Source: Elusimicrobiota bacterium
GTDB taxonomy: Bacteria > Elusimicrobiota > Elusimicrobia > Elusimicrobiales > UBA9959
Assembly (NCBI GenBank): GCA_037137395.1
Contig: JBAXKK010000049.1
Span: forward strand, 1-19,407
Direction of reading: 5' to 3'
DNA length: 19,407 bases
Positions 15,254 to 19,407 of the stretch are shown in pieces (within the stretch, counting starts at the first letter, position 1; every line of letters starts with the position of its first letter). Under the pieces are notes generated by a model. It saw only the letters and a list, made by a program, of their open reading frames with translations. It was not told where the DNA came from and searched no databases. Position numbers and translations under genes: made by a program.

Positions 15254-16974
15254 GCTTCCCCGGGGCTTATCGCTTTAGCCTGCTCTCCGGTCTTGTCCGC
15301 CCGCGCGACAATTATCCCCTGTGTGAGGATGATCTTCCAGTTTATGGTCCGGTAGAGTATCGTCCCGTAGCGCGCCATTTCCCGCTCCACCGCAGCGGGT
15401 TGCAAAGGCCGCTCATCATGGAAAAGCCACAGGCCCAGGCTTTCGGCCAGGTTCCGTGTGGCGCGGTAAAGCCAGGTGGGGGTGGGGAAAGATATGATCA
15501 CCAGTCCTCCCTGTTTTGCGCAGGCGAAATGAGACTGTATGGCTTTTGCGGTATCCTTGGGTGAGAAATGTTCGATAAGACCGGCGCTGAAAACAACATC
15601 CGCTGAGGAGACAGCCTGCGCGTCGGCGAGAATATCATTTTCAAGCAGCGCTACTTTTTTAGGCGAGGGGCATCTGTTTGCCAGCAGGTCAAGGCCTTTG
15701 CGATTGGTGTCCAGAACGGTGTAAAAAGCTTCGGGATACCCGGCTGTCAGCGAAGAGAAAAAACAACTGTTGGCGCCGCCCAGTTCGCAGAAGCTGGTTA
15801 TGGCTGCGGGTTTGAATTTTTCTATCAGGCGCAGGAATAGTCTGCCGGTTATGCGCCTGGTTATGGATGCAAAGGGCGAAGGCGCCCCGTAATATGAATC
15901 CCAGTCCGTGCCCTTCGGTCCGGCGGCGGCCCCGGGGGCGCCGTCCTCACGCCTGGCGAAAACCAGCAACCCCTGGGCGGCGAAGCTGGCGAAGAATAGC
16001 CCACCTTCAGCCAGCAGCTTTGCCGAGAAAACGCCTAAGCCTGAAAAGATCACAAGGCTTGTTACCAGGCCGTAGGAGACGAACATCAGCAGAGTTACAA
16101 GCAGAATATAGCGCGACAGCTCCGGCGCCGTGCGCTCGCGGGACTTGAACACAAGCGCTTTACCCACGGTGAAATTGAAAAAGCCGGCTACGCAGCGCGC
16201 TATCACAATGCTGATGAAGATGCGGGAGGATAAAAAATAGGCGGCGGAAAATACCGCGTAATCCAAGGCTGCCGTTATAAGCGAGGCGGCTGAAAATCTG
16301 AGGAAAACGAAATAGACGCGCAGGGAATCCAGCAGGGGGTTGAAATGAGATTTTTCATTCTGCCCGATGTAGACGGTTTTTATGGATGTCTCGGTAATTT
16401 TCCTGCGCGAACGCACAGCCATCAGCAGCATTTCCAGCTCGAATTCATAGCCGGTGGCCGGGATCTTCAGTAATTCCGGCAGGAATTCTCGTGGTATGCC
16501 GCGCAGGCCTGTTTGAGTATCCTTTATTTCCCGGCCAGAAAGAAAATGGAAAACCAGGCGCGTTACGCTGTTGCCGAAAAGGCTCCGCTTGGGGGTTTTT
16601 GAATCAAAGCTTCTGATACCCAGAGCCAGGCTGCCGGGATTTTTGACCAGGGCCCGGCCGACGGCCGCTATGTCTTCGGGCAGGTGCTGTCCGTCGGCGT
16701 CAGCTGTTACCACGCCCGGACAGTCAGTTTTGAAATTCAGCAGGAAATAGTTGAAAGCTGTTTTAAGAGCCTGACCTTTGCCCATGTTAACCGCGTGGCG
16801 CAGCATATGTACGCGGGGCAGAGCGCCCAGCGCCAGTAAAATAGCGGCGTGAGGCTGCGAGGAGCCGTCATCGACTATAATTACATCACGCCCCGGATCC
16901 TCAAGGAGTTTTTTTACCAGCGGTTCAAGTTCCGGACCTGGCTGATACGCTGGTATTATAACTGGTGGAAGCAT
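15250..16974 (-). CDS. Fusion of a GT2 polyprenol-phosphate glycosyltransferase, a GtrA-like flippase and a class I SAM-dependent methyltransferase
   Basis: IIPAYQP, VDDGS, NMGKGQALK, TADADGQH, DTQTGLRG, YEFELEML, SHFNPLLDS (GT2). About four hydrophobic helices with FNF...VFKS (GtrA). ELGGANS, DVVFSAGLIEHF, GGLVIISFP (MTase). Start placed at 16974 because the upstream codons are repeat-derived. Confidence 0.82.
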   Translation of the reverse strand: MLPPVIIPAYQPGPELEPLVKKLLEDPGRDVIIVDDGSSQPHAAILLALGALPRVHMLRHAVNMGKGQALKTAFNYFLLNFKTDCPGVVTADADGQHLPEDIAAVGRALVKNPGSLALGIRSFDSKTPKRSLFGNSVTRLVFHFLSGREIKDTQTGLRGIPREFLPELLKIPATGYEFELEMLLMAVRSRRKITETSIKTVYIGQNEKSHFNPLLDSLRVYFVFLRFSAASLITAALDYAVFSAAYFLSSRIFISIVIARCVAGFFNFTVGKALVFKSRERTAPELSRYILLVTLLMFVSYGLVTSLVIFSGLGVFSAKLLAEGGLFFASFAAQGLLVFARREDGAPGAAAGPKGTDWDSYYGAPSPFASITRRITGRLFLRLIEKFKPAAITSFCELGGANSCFFSSLTAGYPEAFYTVLDTNRKGLDLLANRCPSPKKVALLENDILADAQAVSSADVVFSAGLIEHFSPKDTAKAIQSHFACAKQGGLVIISFPTPTWLYRATRNLAESLGLWLFHDERPLQPAAVEREMARYGTILYRTINWKIILTQGIIVARADKTGEQAKAISPGEA

Positions 16975-16985
16975 AAAGAAAGGAT

Positions 16986-17263
16986 GCCATTCGCCGTTTG
17001 CCATTGGCCATTAGCAGAGTGAAAATTGCCGTTTGCTATTTGCCATTTGCCGTTGGCAGAGTAAGACTGCCATTAGCCATTCGCCGTTGGCCATTTGCAG
17101 AATTGCTGACTATTTACGATTCACGATTGCCGATTTACGCTAACGACTGCCATAGGCTATACGCTTTAAGCCATAGGCAGAATAAGAAGCGCTATTTGCC
17201 ATTAACCATTTGCCATACGCAGAATTGCTTACTATTTGCGCTTTCCGCTTCCCGCTTTACGCT
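16986..17263 (+). repeat. Heptamer array R6 (five A-modules, two junction cores)
   Basis: Five blocks of exactly four GCYRTNN-type units, each capped by GCAGART. Two continue into tgc-TKACTAT plus four TTACGMT-like units. Confidence 0.92.
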
Positions 17264-17271
17264 TAGCTGCG

Positions 17272-18699
17272 CTACCGGGCGCCGCTGCGGTTTAGCACTA
17301 CGCCCGCGGTTTTAAAGATTATCATTATGTCCAGCCAGAGATCCCAATTTTTTACATACCAGCTGTCCATTGTTATGCGGAAATCGTAGGAGGTGTTGCT
17401 GCGTCCGCTTATCTGCCAGAGGCCGGTTATGCCGGGCGGGAGCTTTAATATCGTTTCGCCTTCCGTCACCAGGAATTCTTTTTCCCGGGGCAGATAGGGG
17501 CGGGGGCCTATAAGGCTCATTTCACCTTTTAGAATGTTTATGACCTGGGGAAGTTCATCTAGCGAGGTGGATCTGAGCCACTGCCCCGCTTTGGTTATTC
17601 TCGGATCGTTTTTTAGCTTCCAGAATTTATCCCACTCCTCTTTGGCTTCCTTGTCGCTCTTTAAGATTGTGCCAAGCCTTTCTTCCGCGTCCAGATACAT
17701 GGTGCGGAACTTATAGCACATAAAGGATTTGCCATTCTTACCGATGCGGCGCTGGAGGAGGAACGCCGGGCCGGGGGAATCGCGCCGGATAAGATGCGCT
17801 ATAAGGGCCAATAGCGGCAGCGCGAGGATGAACAGGAACAGGCCGGCCAGGTAATCTACGCTGCGCTTAACGGCGTAGTTAAGCGGGTTGGAGAGATTAT
17901 TTTTTATTTCTATGATCATAGCCTGTTCCCGGAAAAAATATCTCAATTCGGTCCCTGAGACCGCCAGGCCCTTGAAATCCGGTATATAGAGGGTGTTTTC
18001 GGCTTTATGCTGAATGGCGTTTATAAGTTTAACAAGTTCCGCTTTTTCAAGTTCCGGTTTGGCCACTATCACATCGTGGATGCCGGCGCTGTTTATATAA
18101 CGCTCTATCTGGTCCAGCTGGGGATGGATCTTTAAGCCGCAGAGCTCGCTTTGGGCGGAAGAGTCGTCCACAAAGCCTACTACATCATAACCCAGATTCG
18201 GTTCGTTCTTTACGGCGTTGAAGGCGGAGATAGCGGCCTCTCCGGAGCCGACGATAAGCATTTTGCGCTTCATCAGATCAGCGGAATAGATAAGTTTTTT
18301 AAGAGCCGCCCGCAGAAAGGGGAGAAGCATGACCGAAAGGCCGCCCATGATCACCATGAGTATGCGGGAGAATTCCGGGCCTTTTTTGCTTATGAAGAGG
18401 ATTGTGAACACGGCCACGCAGGCGAAGAAGGAGGATTTCCAGAGGAATTTAACTTCGTCCCAGACGGCGAAGCGTTTGGAATAAGCGCCCTCATAGGTCA
18501 TTATGCCCAGCCAGATGGGGAATATCCAGCCGTATAAAGAAAGGTCATTAAGGAATTGCGGCAGATTATGGAAGAAAACAGGCAGCAGGTTTTTCCGCAA
18601 AAAAACCGACAGCTGAAAAAGGATGAAAAGACAGGCTATATCGCCCAAAAATAGCGCGGCGATGCCGAGCCGGTTTTTAACCTTGGTCAGGTGGAACAT
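17272..18699 (-). CDS. wbaP: Undecaprenyl-phosphate hexose-1-phosphate transferase (WbaP/WcaJ type)
   Basis: Four N-terminal hydrophobic helices, IVGSGEAA domain, KRSVD, KFRTM, KLKNDPRITKAGQWLRSTSLDELPQ, GEMSLIGPRP, PGITGLWQISGRS, YVKNWDLWLD. Sugar specificity cannot be read from the sequence. Confidence 0.9.
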   Translation of the reverse strand: MFHLTKVKNRLGIAALFLGDIACLFILFQLSVFLRKNLLPVFFHNLPQFLNDLSLYGWIFPIWLGIMTYEGAYSKRFAVWDEVKFLWKSSFFACVAVFTILFISKKGPEFSRILMVIMGGLSVMLLPFLRAALKKLIYSADLMKRKMLIVGSGEAAISAFNAVKNEPNLGYDVVGFVDDSSAQSELCGLKIHPQLDQIERYINSAGIHDVIVAKPELEKAELVKLINAIQHKAENTLYIPDFKGLAVSGTELRYFFREQAMIIEIKNNLSNPLNYAVKRSVDYLAGLFLFILALPLLALIAHLIRRDSPGPAFLLQRRIGKNGKSFMCYKFRTMYLDAEERLGTILKSDKEAKEEWDKFWKLKNDPRITKAGQWLRSTSLDELPQVINILKGEMSLIGPRPYLPREKEFLVTEGETILKLPPGITGLWQISGRSNTSYDFRITMDSWYVKNWDLWLDIMIIFKTAGVVLNRSGAR

Positions 18700-18705
18700 A
18701 AGTAT

Positions 18706-18711
18706 ATTATA
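18706..18711 (-). promoter_or_regulatory. Possible -10 box (TATAAT) for the wbaP-like gene
   Basis: ATTATA on + (TATAAT on -), 6 nt before the ATG at 18699. No convincing -35. Confidence 0.4.
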
Positions 18712-18853
18712 CAAGAAATCAATTAGCGCTGGTTTGGGAAGTTCTGAGTTTTACCGGTCATAAAGCCGGGAATTTATAATGACCGCCCCAGAATCGCGGT
18801 ATAAACTGCGAATCCTCAACAAATGTTATGTAAAATTATGACAGGTGCAATAA

Positions 18854-19007
18854 TTGGAGCGGGTGACGGGGGATCTGGGTTAGCGAAACCCTCCGGAAGC
18901 CGAGACTTGCATAGCGGCGAGGCTGAGGACGGGAAGTGCGGCCACGGTGTGGTCGACACTGGTTCCGCGTTCCAGTCCCTTGGCAGGCCCTGCGAACCCT
19001 GTTCCAA
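18854..19007 (+). ncRNA. Candidate structured non-coding RNA of unrecognised family
   Basis: GC-rich island in an AT-rich spacer with nested helices: 18854-18863/18998-19007, 18868-18878/18972-18981, 18883-18890/18961-18968 and hairpin 18935-18960. G-U pairs favour the + strand. Confidence 0.45.
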
Positions 19008-19056
19008 CATGAAAAGAACCGAAATCAAAGAAAACCTTGTAACACAAACTTTACCG

Positions 19057-19407
19057 CTAATGCAGACCTATTTTGCATTCGTGGGTCTTGGCGTATTCAT
19101 CCAGCGAAATCTTCTCGTGTTCCCTGTAGGCCGCTGTCCTCTTGGAGAGCAGGTCAAAATTGGTCTGATGGGCGTCGAACATCGGGCCGTCAACGCAGGC
19201 GAATTTGGGTTTGCCGCCTACTTCCACGCGGCAGCCGCCGCACATGCCGGTGCCGTCCAGCATTACGGGATTGAGGCTGGCGAAAGTGGGAGTCGCGTGC
19301 GGGCGCGAGGTTTCGGCTACGAATTTCATCATAATGATGGGTCCGATGGTGAATATGGCGTCGATCTTTTCGCCTCTTGCGTAAAGCGTTTTCATCGCGT
19401 CCGTGAC
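19057..19407 (-). CDS. C-terminal part of an NfnA/SudB-like FAD/NAD-binding [2Fe-2S] subunit (truncated by the window edge)
   Basis: IGPIIMMKFV, SLNPVMLDGTGMCGGCRV and KFACVDGPMFDAH [2Fe-2S] motif. The frame is open to the window end. Confidence 0.88.
   Translation of the reverse strand, partial: VTDAMKTLYARGEKIDAIFTIGPIIMMKFVAETSRPHATPTFASLNPVMLDGTGMCGGCRVEVGGKPKFACVDGPMFDAHQTNFDLLSKRTAAYREHEKISLDEYAKTHECKIGLH

Noticed and set aside
16975..17004. N-terminal extensions in the ORF track (17004, 10824, 5305, 9927, 18714)
   Set aside because: These upstream codons lie in repeats, promoters or the previous gene. The downstream ATGs fit RBS position or family-typical N-termini better.
16986..17263. 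Heptamer arrays as CRISPR arrays
   Set aside because: There are no identical 25-45 bp repeats separated by unique similar-length spacers, the linkers are only 3-9 nt, and there are no cas genes in the window.
16998..17315. ORFs reading through the arrays (16998-17315 +, 8744-9037 -, 87-392 -)
   Set aside because: The translations are by-products of the 7-bp periodicity (LPFA, AYSL, ANGEW), lack an RBS and overlap real genes.
18755..18785. Short inverted repeat CGGTCAT...ATGACCG upstream of wbaP
   Set aside because: The 7-bp arms with a 17-nt gap could be chance, and there is no second copy to support an operator.
18855..18870. tRNA-Gly-like 3' end on the - strand (CCCGTCACCCGCTCCA)
   Set aside because: There is no adjacent T-loop (GTTCRA) in register and no matching 5' acceptor, D or anticodon arm. 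At most it is an att-like remnant, with no integrase nearby.
18883..18930. Hammerhead ribozyme (GAAA ... CTGAGGA)
   Set aside because: Core-like words are present, but stems II and III cannot form in the required register.
1..19407. Recombinase, transposase or reverse transcriptase acting on the arrays
   Set aside because: No ORF in the window shows tyrosine/serine recombinase, DDE, HUH or RT motifs. Any such factor would have to be encoded elsewhere.
19057..19407. nfnA-like gene lacking a downstream nfnB partner
   Set aside because: The gene is cut by the window edge, so a partner or fusion may lie upstream outside the window.

Overview
This is a bacterial surface-polysaccharide (O-antigen/capsule-type) locus. 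On the + strand are a small phosphoglycosyl transferase, a CapD/WbpM-type dehydratase, an RmlD-like reductase, an FnlA/CapE-type dehydratase, an FnlC/CapG-type 2-epimerase and a GT4. A convergent - strand block holds a WbaP-type transferase, a GT2-GtrA-methyltransferase triple fusion and a GT-C-like membrane protein, and the 3' end of an nfnA-like gene closes the window. Four accessory cassettes are interleaved among the sugar genes: two AbiEi/AbiEii type IV toxin-antitoxin pairs in opposite gene order and two AAA_14/DUF4143 ATPase-nuclease genes. Each has its own sigma70-like promoter and operator-like palindrome. The most unusual feature is six intergenic arrays (about 140-280 bp) of degenerate 7-mers with a consistent grammar: (GCYRTNN)x4-GCAGAAT-linker-TTACTAT-(TTACGCT-like)x4. 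They sit at gene boundaries, supply the stop codons of two genes, and one array is inverted so that it brackets a TA cassette and the GT4 gene. There is also a perfect 25-bp inverted repeat and a candidate ~155-nt structured RNA. All product calls come from motifs recognised by eye; no database searches were run.
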